64,000 nt of DNA. Source: the human T2T-CHM13v2.0 reference genome, Homo sapiens. The stretch's first letter is position 1, and every line of letters begins with the position of its first letter. The stretch is from NCBI RefSeq assembly GCF_009914755.1, contig NC_060937.1; one strand, written 5' to 3'. Under the pieces are notes generated by a model that ran no database searches, was not told the DNA's origin, and was given only the letters and a program-made list of their open reading frames with translations. A program made the translations under genes and the position numbers. Below, in pieces: positions 1 through 12,481 of the stretch.

Positions 1-59
1 ACAGTTTGGGACAAAAGCAGGTAAAATATTTAACACTAGCAATCATTATGGTAAGTAAT

Positions 60-870
60 AGCAAGAGTCTAGTGCAGAGCAGATAGAGAAAAGGAGATGG
101 GTATGGTAGGCTAAGGAGAAAAAAAATCAGTTGGACTTGCTTTTAGAATGAAGGATAAATAGTTGTCCCGCTTTAGAGGCTGGGAGCACGGTGGAGTCAT
201 AACTTCTGCTATGACTTAGTGAGAAATGGAAGGTTTGGGAGAAGAAAAGATAAATTCAATGCTGAAATGTTGTATTTTTAGAGTGTGTGGTTTCATAAAC
301 ACGTAAGTTTTCAGCTCAAAAGGGCCAGCTAGTTTGTAAATAGTGATTTGGAATTACTTGAGAGAGAGAATAATATAATCCATATGAACAGATTAAAAGG
401 CATATAAACAATAAGTAATCTGAGAAGCAAATTAGTTAAGAGAGAACCAATTTTTAGGCCACAATAGAAGTGGAAGAAGAGACAACAAATTACAAGAACA
501 ACAAAGAGAACTAAAACCAATACCTCAGCAGAGATTTGCAGTAAGAAATAAGGAATCAGCCAAGAGTACCCAATAACAAAACTAGACCAAGTAAGATGAA
601 GACTGAAATAACCCATTTTCATAATCAATTCGTTAATTTGTGAAACTCGCTGGACAAATTTTGATGGCGTAAAGAGTAGAAATCAGACAAGTAGGTTGGA
701 GAGAGATTAAGAAGCATAAAAAATGTGCAGATAAATTTTATAATGATTTTTGAGGATTTTGAGTATAATGAAAGAGAGATTGGAGCTAAGGTTGAAGGGA
801 GGTTTTCTTGATGTTATTATTGCATTTATAAAATGGGGAAATTAACGTTGTTTACATATGATGAAAAATA
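60..870 (-). mobile_element. Degenerate L2 LINE fragment
   Basis: Purine-rich stretch with L2-like motifs (GTAAGATGAAGACTGAAATAACCC..., GAGAGATTGGAGCTAAGG); boundaries approximate. Confidence 0.45.
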
Positions 871-1018
871 AGTGTCAATGTACTCCAAAATATGTAAAGA
901 TTCCAAAATTTATCTAAAATAAGTTAAAGGCTTCCATTTTGTCACTGTATATATATATTTCTAAATTTAGCTGCCAAATACCATACTCAATGCTATGATG
1001 TACCAATTAACTCACTCC

Positions 1019-1114
1019 TATATATGTGTTAATATATACACACATATATGCACACACATATATGTGTGTACATTATGTATGTATGTATGTATACATAGAC
1101 ATGTATGTGTATAT
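1019..1114. repeat. (TA)/(CA)/(TATG)n low-complexity simple repeat
   Basis: tatatatgtg...acacacatatatgtgtgtacattatgtatgtatgtatgtatacat directly visible. Confidence 0.85.
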
Positions 1115-1431
1115 CGCTAAGTATTAGTATGATTGGGAGAGAGAGAATAATTGAGGCAGGGGCAGAAGATTGGAGGAAGACAATCAGGATGGGTTTTGTA
1201 ATGACTATATTTAAGATTAACATGAGATATTCTGCTGAATTATATCTTTGTTTTAACACTTAAAATAATTGCTAGCTAGAAATTTAGAAAAGAGTTCTCC
1301 AAAATAATTTTTGAGAAACTGAATAAGAAAAAATAAAAAATAAAGTTAAACATTAATAAATGTTTCTTATACTGACTAAATCCAACCATTTGCAAATATC
1401 TTCCTATTTTCCATTTGTCTAAAAGCAGGTT

Positions 1432-1710
1432 AACTTATTCAGCAATTATTACTAAGTTCTTACTCAATGTCTTGTTCTTAGGTTACAATGATGATGAAAT
1501 AAGTAGACATGATGCCTGCCCTCACTAAGCATGTATCCTAGTTAGAGAGAAAGAAATAGACAAAACATACAAATAAACTATAACAATTTAGGAGAAGGTT
1601 AATAAAAATAATTTGAAGAAAATATGGAGAATAAATAAAGAGAAATATTTATCTAAGAGAAATTTTATTTCTTTTTTAGGTGCTAACACTTAGGCTGAGA
1701 CCAAATAGAA
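1432..1710 (-). mobile_element. L2 3'-end fragment
   Basis: ACTTATTCAGCAATTATTACTAAG...GACATGATGCCTGCCCTCA resembles the reverse complement of the L2 3' end. Confidence 0.55.
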
Positions 1711-1927
1711 ATGAATGTTCCAATTGACATTGTTGCTGTCTATTAATAATTTTTCATCTTAGTTTGTTTGACTCCTATAGTTGCCCAGAAAAATAATTTT
1801 TAAACAAATTTTTCCCTACTTTTTTTTTTAACTTTAGGACATAAACCTTAAATTTGCTTATATAAAAATTAAACAAATTACCAAAATATTCTTAAGCATT
1901 TCCCTTTTTTATGAATGTCCTAAAAAG

Positions 1928-2062
1928 CATAATTATCATTACCTGAGGATTTGTTTAAAATGTAGATTCTTAGGACCTTGGCTAGTCCTAAGAAATCAGA
2001 AACTGCATTTTAACAGTATCACTCTATGAATTGTAAGTACATTAATGTATGAGAAGTACTGA
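1928..2062. mobile_element. MER5A-like hAT-Charlie DNA transposon (MITE)
   Basis: ACCTGAGGATTTGTTTAAAATGTAGATTC...CTGCATTTTAACA...GAGAAGTACTG with internal palindrome. Confidence 0.65.
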
Positions 2063-2119
2063 TTTAGGAAACATGGGAAATCACGATTTGTTTGCTGCCC
2101 CTAAGATAAATTAGTATCT

Positions 2120-2520
2120 TTAGAACAATGGCATCTAAGAAAAATATAATTTGAGAAACAGGTAAATATACATTTTCTAGCAGCCACATTACCAATATTA
2201 GAAGTGGTAAATTTTGTTTTAATATTATATTTAACCCACTTAAAAACACATTAGTCTCTAAATATGCAATCAATTATAAACTTATTCATAAAATATTTAT
2301 TTTTATAGTACTAAGTCTTTTCATTGCAAGGTATATTTTACATTTATAGAACATCTCAAGTAGAATATTAAATTTTCTTGGGCAGTATTAGGCCTGTATT
2401 TTATACTGCTTCAGTTTTTAAATTTAAATTATTTAATATTAAAAATTTTAAATGTAATTCTTCAGTTACGCTGGCAACATTTGAAGTGGTCAATAGTTAC
2501 GTGTTATGGTTGGCTACCTT
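2120..2520. mobile_element. MER3/MER33-like hAT-Charlie DNA transposon
   Basis: TTTTCTAGCAGCCACATT...ACATTTGAAGTGGTCAATAGTTACGTG...GGCTACC. Confidence 0.6.
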
Positions 2521-3341
2521 TCCCATCAGCAGGCTAAATAAAAAAGTCATATGATCATGTCAATAGATGCAGAAAAACTGTTTTACAAAATCCAAAAATA
2601 TTTATAATTTTAAAAATCTCATCACATTAAGAATACAAAGGAATTTACCCAACTTATAAACAATATGTACAAGAGTCTTACAGCTAACATTATACTTAAT
2701 TTTGAGAAATTAGAAGCTTCCTATCTTAACTCAAGAGCAAGGTAAAGCCTTCCTCTTTCAGTGTGTCAATTCAACATCATACCGGAAGTCCTAGCTAATC
2801 CAAAATGATAAAAAACAGAAAAAGTATATATGGATTGAGAAGGAATAAATACCACTGCCTTTTTTTTTGTAAATGGAATGCTTGTTTATGTAGAATATCC
2901 CACAGAAACAATAACAACACAATTCCTACAATAATGAGTAATTATAGCAAGGCTACAGGATAAAAGTTTAATATACAGAAGGCAATTCATTTCCTTTACA
3001 TCTATTTTGAACAAAAAATGTTGATATTAAAACACACAGCATCATGGACATTAGCATCAAAAATGAAACACCTTGATATAAATCTAGCAAAATATGCACA
3101 AGATGTTTATGAGAAAACTACCAATACTCTGATGACAGATATCATAGAAGATCTAAATACATTTAGAGATATTTCACATTTATGGTTAGGAAGACTCAAT
3201 GCTATTAAGTGGTTTTCCCAAATTGATATATAGAGTCAATCAAACACAGTGAAAAAATCCAAGTAAATTACTTTTGGGTTATTACCAAATAGAAGTACAC
3301 AAATCAATAACCCTGCTATACACCAACAACGACCAAGCTGA

Positions 3342-3680
3342 AGCCAAGTGTGGTAGCTCACCGCCTGTAGCCCCAACATTTTGGGAGGCTGAGGCAGTTG
3401 GAGTGCTTGAGTCCTGGAACTCAAGACCAGCCTGGGAAACATGGTGAAACTCTTGTCTCTACAAAAAAATAATAAAATAAAATAAAATAAATAAAAAAAA
3501 ATAAAAAAAATAAAAAACTAGCTAGGTGTGATGGCACACACTTGTAGCCCTAGCTACTCAGGAGGCTGAGATGAGAGAATTGCTTGAGGCTTGGAGGCAG
3601 AAGCTGCTGTGAGTCATGATGACACCATTTTACTCCAGCCCGGCTGACAGAGTGAGACCCTGTCTAAAAAAGAAAAAGGA
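3342..3680 (+). mobile_element. AluJ with expanded middle A-rich region
   Basis: Dimeric Alu, GCTTGAG diagnostics, A/AAAAT-rich middle tract 3463-3518. Confidence 0.9.
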
Positions 3681-3699
3681 ATAAAAGAATAGACAAATT

Positions 3700-4056
<357 letters not shown>

Positions 4057-4555
4057 TCAAGTAAATTTTGAAAAATAACAAGGCAATTCAATGGAGAAAA
4101 ATATGTTTCTCAATAAATGTTGGAACAACTGGAAATCCAAGAAGGAAAAAAAGTATCTGAATATGCAATATGTAATATATTATCAGTAGGTGTTTATAGA
4201 ATATGAAAAAAAGTTTATTTAGACGCTGACCTTACCTCTGTCACACAAAATAACCTAAAATATATCATAAAACTAAGTTGTAAAAAATGACACTATAAAA
4301 TTTCTAAAAGGTAATTTGGAGAACATTTGGTGCTCTTGGGTTTAGTGATGACTTTTTAGATACATCACTGAAAACATGATCCATGAAAGTCAAAATTAAT
4401 AAGATGTAATTCATTAAAATTCAAAAAATTTTGCTCTATGAAAGGCACTGTTAAGAGGAAAAAAAAGAAGTCGCAAATGAAGAGAGATATTTGCAAAACA
4501 CACATCTGAAAAAGGACATGCATGCGTAACATATGAAGAATATTTAAAACTCAAG

Positions 4556-5124
4556 CATCCATTAACAGATAAATGGATAAAGAAAATATACATTATACCT
4601 TGAAATACTAGTCAGTCTGAGAAAAGAAGAAAATTCTGTCAAAACATAAAATTTGTGACAACATGGATGAACTTGGAGGATGTTGTGCTCAGTGAGTAAG
4701 ACAAACACAGAAAGACAAGCAGCAAATGTTCTCACGTATAGGTGAAATCTAAAATAACCAAACTTATAGAAGAAGAGAGTAAAATGATGGGTAGCAGAGG
4801 CTAAGGAGTTGGAAGAATGGAAAGATGTTGGTCAAAGGATACAACGTGTCAATTATACAGGAGAAATAAGAGTTTTTTTGAGATATATTGCACAGAAGGG
4901 TGAATATAGTTAACAATAACGTATTGTTCATTTCAAAATTGCTGAGCACATTTTGAATGACCTGATCACAAAAAAATAAATATATGAGGTGATGGATGTT
5001 TTAATTGGCTTGATTTAGTCATCGCACATTGTATTCATAAATTATAAAATCACTTTGTACCCCATAAATATATACAATTATAATTTGTCAATTTGCAATA
5101 AAACAAAATAAAATATATTTTTAT
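4556..5124 (+). mobile_element. 5'-truncated L1MA 3' end nested in the older L1
   Basis: L1 3'UTR (ACAACATGGATGAACTTGGAGG...TGTACCCCATAAATATATACAATTATAATTTGTCAATT plus A-rich tail); flanks AAAACTCAAG / AAAACCTCAAG resemble a TSD. Confidence 0.8.
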
Positions 5125-5754
5125 AAAACCTCAAGGTAAGAAAATTTAAAAATATGAACAGACATTTTAGCAAAGAAGATACACAGATGGCAAATAGCAT
5201 ATAAGTAGATGCTTAACAATATATGTCATTAGAAAATGGTGAACAAAACAATAAGATTCTACTATACACCTATTAGAATGCCTTAAATCCAAAACATGAA
5301 CAACAGCAATAGTTAGTAAGGATGGGAGGAAACAGGAAATCTCATTCATTGCTTGTGGGAATGCAAAATGATACAGTCACTTCGGTAGACAGCTTGACAG
5401 TTCCTAACAAAACTAAGCATTGTCATACAACAAAATTTAGCAATTGTGCTCCTAGATATTTATCCAAATGAGTTGGAAACATCTATCTATCCAAAAACTT
5501 GGACATGAATGCTTATAGTAAACATTTTGTCCATAATACCCCAAAGTTGGAAGCATCCAAATGCCTATTAATAGGTGAATGGATAAATCAACCATGTTAC
5601 ATCTATACAATGGAATATTATTCAGCACTTGCACACAAAAATGAGTTATCAAGCCATGAAAAGACATAGAGAAAACTTTACTGCCTATTAATAATTAAAA
5701 TAAGGCAGTCTATAAAGGCTACATATTGTGTGATTCCAACTATATGACATTCTA

Positions 5755-5790
5755 GCATTGGTGGTTCAGTAGTAGAATTCTCGCCTGCCA
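5755..5790 (+). pseudogene. Tailless retropseudogene of the 5' half of tRNA-Gly(GCC)
   Basis: GCATTGGTGGTTCAGTAGTAGAATTCTCGCCTGCCA matches nt 1-36 of human tRNA-Gly-GCC as I recall it, with one G>A; flanked by identical CCAACTATATGACATTCT at 5736-5753 and 5788-5805; no poly-A. Confidence 0.9.
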
Positions 5791-6501
5791 ACTATATGAC
5801 ATTCTGGAAATGGCAAAGCTATAGAGATCAGATTTTCTAGGGGTTCAGGGGGAGGGAGGGAGAGAGGGATAAATAGGAAATTATTTTGTATGATACTGAA
5901 AGGTGGATAGGTGACTTTATGCATTTGTCAAACTCCATAATTGATGACATTCTAGTAATGCATGATGTTAATAATGAAGCAAACCATGGGAAGTGGGGGG
6001 CACAGGAGGTGGTTTATGGGAAATCTCTGTACTTTCTGCTTAATTCTCTGTAAACCTAATAATGCTGTAAATGTGGTTCATTAATTAAAAAGTATCCTAC
6101 CACAATTTAGACATAATCACTGTCAGTTGGCTTTCTGAATCTGGATATTGCAAATTAGTATGTTATTCAACTGTAAAGGCTGATTTAAATTTACTGTATA
6201 AATGTTAAAATTGTTTCATATCCACTTTCTTCAATAAATAGTTTGCTTCAGCCATTCTATAATAAACACACTTATCAATGACTAATTTAGATATGAGAGA
6301 AAAAGAAAATTTTATAATTAAAAACCCAGTTCTCTCTGTCCCCATTAAAATAATTATTTGAGGATTATTGGTTTGAATTTTTGTGAACTTTGAGTCTGTC
6401 CATGAGTCCATATTCCTAGATCTAATTCACTCTGAATTTTGAGGTATAGATTCTTTTACAACTCAGAAAAACACAAAAATCAACCTGATTTTTCATCTTG
6501 C

Positions 6502-6553
6502 ATGACAGAGAATGGATAGAACACTATGACAGAGAATGGATAGAACACTATGA
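6502..6553. repeat. Perfect 24-bp tandem duplication
   Basis: ATGACAGAGAATGGATAGAACACT x2 + ATGA. Confidence 0.95.
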
Positions 6554-8199
6554 TGAGCAGCCTTCATTCCATATGTTATCTTTAAATCTTGCCAATTTCA
6601 ATGCTGTGAAAAATGCAAATAAAATAAAGTAACTATTTTTTATTCTCGATGATTCTGGAATAAAGGAAAATTACTTTGACATTTGGTAGCCAATAAAAGA
6701 TGTGTAATAAAAGCTTTAAAGTGAATCTTAAACAATAATATTTGAAAAATAGGCAAAAAGGGAGCACAGAACTCATGGCAGATGCAAAGAGTTTGGTGAA
6801 GGCTAACCAAGCCAATTGTTGGAAAATGATGCTGTGGAAAGTTTACAGATTGACCATTCTACAGAATGTTGAATTATTTAGGTTGAGTAAAGTTAAATAT
6901 AAGGAAAACTATTTTAAATTTCTCTTAAAAATGAGAAATTCAAAGAAGGTCATGTTATCCTATGCATGCTGGAGCAAAAATAAAGAGGACATATAAATGA
7001 GAAGTGGGAGGTGCAATTACAACATATAAGACACTATCATTTGAGGAGTTGTTAGTTTGGTTGTTTTAGGTGAGGATTAATATGCATTTTTAAAAATAAA
7101 TTCCATTTGAGATGACTGCAAGAGAACAAAGTAGAAATGCCCAGCAGTTAGTGGATTGCAGGAATCAAAAGAAATGCCAGGTTGCTAATAAAATTTGGAG
7201 ATTTTTAAAGTGTTATATTTCAGTGTTTTGAAATGCGATCACCAGGTGTTGTACTGGATTAAACAATGGCTAAATGCTGATTGAATGGGAATGAGATGGC
7301 GGTTATTTCTCCTACTTGGGTATATAAAATTAAACATGGCTTATGTACCTCTATCAGCTTGATGCAGTATACCTGAAGCCCTGAACGACAAATACTATTG
7401 TTCTGAAAAATCTGGTTAGGCTATAGCTTCACAAGGAATGGCACAGTCCCTCTTTTTCTTAAACTCTTAAATCTTACCTACTCATTTAATATGTTTTATT
7501 ATTTCCCTTGAACATATTAAATATTAATACATAGGGTTTCGTTGAGGGATGTGCTACATAGATAATAAGATATACGAATAAGATTATGATCAGAATTAGG
7601 ATAGAAAATTAGTTGATATGTATTTCTGATTCAGCCTGTAACAGATTGCTTCAAGTTATTATTAGTCTATAAAAACTTACTATGAAAAAACATTGCTTTT
7701 TTCCCCTTAAGTTTGCTTAAAATCTTTTGAGATCCTCTGTAACCTCTCTGAAGAAATACTTCCAAAATCTTAGCACACAATTCTAACTCTAGCTAAGCAG
7801 TCTTTCAAGTACATACATCTATAAAATATATTAACGTTTCCAAAACAACTTATTTAATTAAACCAAAAAATTTCTCAATCATGGCATTTTCATTACTTCT
7901 TTAGGTTCTTTAAATATACATTTTTTAAAGAGAAGGATTTTTCAATCTGGTCATATCAATTAAGACATCAATTAAGGCACAGATGCAACTAAGAGTCTCA
8001 AGGCTTTGTTTTGTTTCTCTGATTTGGCTTCATTTGGCAGCTGCAATTTATACATCAAAAAATCTGTGATGAATATTTGAACCAGTTCAAGTGAGATAAA
8101 TCCAAAGTGCACTTGCATAGTTATAGCCACTGAATAACTTGGTAATTTTTTCTCTTAAATTGTTGTAAATTGTTATTTGTAAGTATATCCAGAAAATGA

Positions 8200-8230
8200 T
8201 GTGTGTGTGTGTATACACACACACACACAC
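8200..8230. repeat. (TG)n-(CA)n palindromic microsatellite
   Basis: TGTGTGTGTGTGTA|TACACACACACACA, perfect 28-bp palindrome 8200-8227. Confidence 0.95.
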
Positions 8231-8378
8231 TATAAATCATATATAATATGTTGTATATTACTTGTATCTATGTGAGGCAAGTTCACATTTCTATCCAGAA
8301 ATAAACAATACTTTACAGCTCTAATGCTTAATTTACACTTACCTTTGATAGTAAAATGTTTGCACAAGGCAATGTTGA

Positions 8379-8662
8379 AGTCCAATGTGGTGGCTCGCGT
8401 TTGTAATCCAAGCACTTTGGAGGCCAAGAGGGAGGTACTGCTTGAGAACAGGAGTTGGAGATCAGCCTGGGCAACACAGGGAGACACCATCTCTACATTT
8501 TTTTTTTAATTAGCCTGCTGTGGGGTGGCACATGCCTGTAGCAGCTACTCTGGAGGCTGAGGTGGGAGATCACTTGAGCCCAGGAGGCAGAGGCTGCAGT
8601 GAGCCCTGATTGTAGAACTGCACTCCAGCCTGAGCAACAGAGAGAAACCTGTCAAAAAAAAA
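8379..8662 (+). mobile_element. AluJ
   Basis: Alu dimer, GATCACTTGAGCCCAGGAG diagnostic, short A tail. Confidence 0.9.
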
Positions 8663-8879
8663 GGCAGTATGAGTAAATTTAAATAAGAAATTTCACTCAC
8701 TATATTCTATATTTTATTATTTCTTATATAACGCAAATATCTTTTCTCAAATATAATCTACTCAATGAAATTTACTTTTATCACCATATTTAAATGCATT
8801 CCTCTTATCCCCACCCATAAGCTCCATACAATACTTTTTATATAGCTGTTATCTTCAATTATCCTATGTAATTTGTTTG

Positions 8880-9015
8880 ACATAATCTTTTATTTTCTAT
8901 TCATAGTGTCAGGAGAACAGATTTTTTTTTGTCTATTTTGCTTAAGTCTAAGAGCTTAAAATGTTCTTAACACATAAAACATACACACATATACAAATGT
9001 TTGAATGAATGAACA
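8880..9015 (+). mobile_element. L2 3' terminal fragment
   Basis: Ends in AAATGTTTGAATGAATGAA typical of the L2 tail. Confidence 0.5.
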
Positions 9016-9195
9016 GTTAAACCAAATTTGCTCAGTTTCTCAAATTTTACGACAAATATTGATGCCTATATCAATTCCTGAATATAATAAATGTTATATT
9101 CCCTTAAAAACATTTATATCATTTAAGAGTTAAAATAGATCAAATAATTATTACACCTTAATTAATGTGAGAAAATAAATGGTAATACAGCGTTA

Positions 9196-10170
<975 letters not shown>

Positions 10171-10766
10171 AATTAATTTTTAAAGCCTTGGTTTTCCATT
10201 ATGAAAAAGGGCATTACAAACTTATCCAGAAAAGCCCCACAATTGAGATTTAAATTTTTATTTTTTGTACTACCATGCTTAAGGAAAAGTTTCCTTTCCA
10301 ATCAGCGAATATGATTTTTAAAATGTAAATTCTGTTTTTTAAATTAAGACCAGAGTACAAATAATATATGAGAATGAATAAATTAAGGTAAGATATTTCT
10401 TTATACCAGAAAAATACTTTAAAATATTAAAATAAAGTTTTCTTGCAAACTTACTCTATATTATCAAAGTATCTAAAATTTTCACTAAATGAAGTGAGCA
10501 AAATCCAAGCTAAATTTTTTTCCTTGTGTTTCTCATTTTGTCTATCTTAGCTGTTTTTAATATTTAAAGTGGTAGTAGTAATTATGGCAGTTTTATTCCT
10601 ATTCAGTACTCTTTAAAAACAATATACTTACATTTTAAACATAATAGATATTTTGAGGTTTTTAATATTTTATGTATGCCCACATAAATTTCTCTATTAA
10701 AGCTATCATAACAGAATTGGGCACTATTAAACATTTAGGTAGATGTTCTTAAACTTTATTGCAATT

Positions 10767-10770
<4 letters not shown>

Positions 10771-10810
<40 letters not shown>
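10771..10810. repeat. (TA)20 microsatellite
   Basis: Uninterrupted TA run. Confidence 0.98.
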
Positions 10811-10815
<5 letters not shown>

Positions 10816-10945
10816 TATGTCAAGGTGTAGGATTTTGGTATTCATCTTGTTTGGTATTTTAAACTTCTGGATCAGTGATTTAATGTCTGTCACTAATTTT
10901 GGATAAAACTTAGCTATTATTACTTTAAATATTTTTTTCTGCTCT
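10811..10945 (-). mobile_element. L1 ORF1-region fragment
   Basis: GATATGTCAAGGTGTAGGATTTT...TAGCTATTATTACTTTAAATATTTTTTCTGC is antisense L1 ORF1-like. Confidence 0.6.
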
Positions 10946-11572
10946 AACAAATCATTTGTAACAAGTACATTCTAACAAGTACTTTCACTATTTGACTGCT
11001 TCTGGTAGACTCTTTGGTTTGCTTTATTGTTATTACTTGTATCTGTAAATCGTAAAAGAGGAGATATTGAGGTCTGCTTTCTTAACCTATGTCTTCTTCT
11101 AGTTTGACATAGATACACAGTGATCAATTTTCTTATACTCACCTTCTTGACATCTCAGAGTTTTTGCAACTTAATTTGTTAGTATTTAATTATTCATAAC
11201 TTATAATTTCAATTTTCAATTGTCTTAGTGCTGAGAACAATTGAGTCTATTTAAAAATTAAATTCCACTGTTTATACTTATCCATAAGCACATGTGTACA
11301 TTTTCCCAACACCCCCATTTCTGTCTTATTGTTTTGAATATAGTATGAATATCCTCACTTTCTCATCAAATAATATAAACTTTGTCATTTTATTTTTTTC
11401 TTATACATTAAATGTGTAGTAAAGACTTCTAAGAGTTGTAAATACAAAATAGATGAAAAACTCATGAGAGTTGCAAATAAATAATATCCTATTGTAAGTG
11501 CACTCTTTTTGCTATGTAATTTTTTTCATTAGCTATTTTTGTTTAAATGTTCTGGAAGTTTCTAGAAAATAT

Positions 11573-12481
11573 GTGTGATATGATGTTTTAAACAAAAAAA
11601 ATGCCACCTCAAAGACATTCATAGCCTAATCCCCTGAAACTGTGCATTATATGACCAAGGGAATTAGAGTTGCTAAACAACTGACCTTGAGATGAAAAAA
11701 ATTATCTTTCATTATCCAGGTGAGACCAATGTAATCACAGGGGTCCTTATAACTGAAAGAAGGTGACAGAAAAAGGCAAACCAACAAGATGGCAATGTGA
11801 GAAAAATATAGCTGTTTAGTATTGGCTATGAAGAAAAAGGAAGGGGTAAAGCATGAAAGTATGAGGAAGCCTTTAAAAGTCAGAAAAGGCAAGAAACAGA
11901 CACTCCTCCAGAGTCTCTAGAAAAGAGTACATACTCGTTGACATCTTGTATTGATCTGCATTGTGCTGCTATAAAGGAATACCTGAGACCAGGTAAAGAA
12001 AAGAGGCTTATTGCATTCATGGTTCTGCGGGTTGTACAAGTATGGCATCAGCATCTGCTCTGCTTCTGGTGAGGCCTCAGAAAGCTTTTACTCCTTATGG
12101 AAGATGAAAAGGGTGTATCATATGATGAAAGAGGGAGCAAGAGAGACAGGGGAGAAGCTGCCAGGCTCCTTTAAGCACCCTCTTATGTAAACAAACAGTC
12201 AGAACTCACTCATTACTGCAGGGACAGCACCAAGCCATTCATGAGGGAGCTGCCTCCACCACCCAAACACCTCTCACTAGGTCTCATTTCCAAAACTGGG
12301 GATGACATTTCAACATGAAATCTGGAGGGGACAAACATCTAAACTATATCACACTTCGATTTTAGCCCAGGGATACCTGTCTTGAATGTCTGACCTCAAG
12401 AATTGCAAGATAATCATCTGTGTTGTCTTAAGCCCACTAAAATTGTAATTATTTTTACAGTAGCAATAGAAAACTAACACA
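11573..12481 (+). mobile_element. MLT1D-like MaLR LTR split by an MST LTR
   Basis: CTAATCCCCTGAAACTGTG...GACCTTGAGATG...ATTATCCAGGTGAGACCAATGTAATCACAGGGGTCCTTA; resumes at 12352 and ends GCAATAGAAAACTAACACA. Confidence 0.8.
11947..12351 (-). mobile_element. MSTA/MSTB MaLR solo LTR
   Basis: TGTATT...GCTGCTATAAAGGAATACCTGAGAC...GGGACAAACATCTAAACTATATCA, ~405 bp. Confidence 0.85.

Noticed and set aside
1967-1994. 10-bp inverted repeat TTCTTAGGAC/GTCCTAAGAA
   Set aside because: Explained by the internal palindromy of the MER5-type MITE
5755-5830. Functional tRNA-Gly gene
   Set aside because: Only nt 1-36 present; no T arm, B box or 3' acceptor strand
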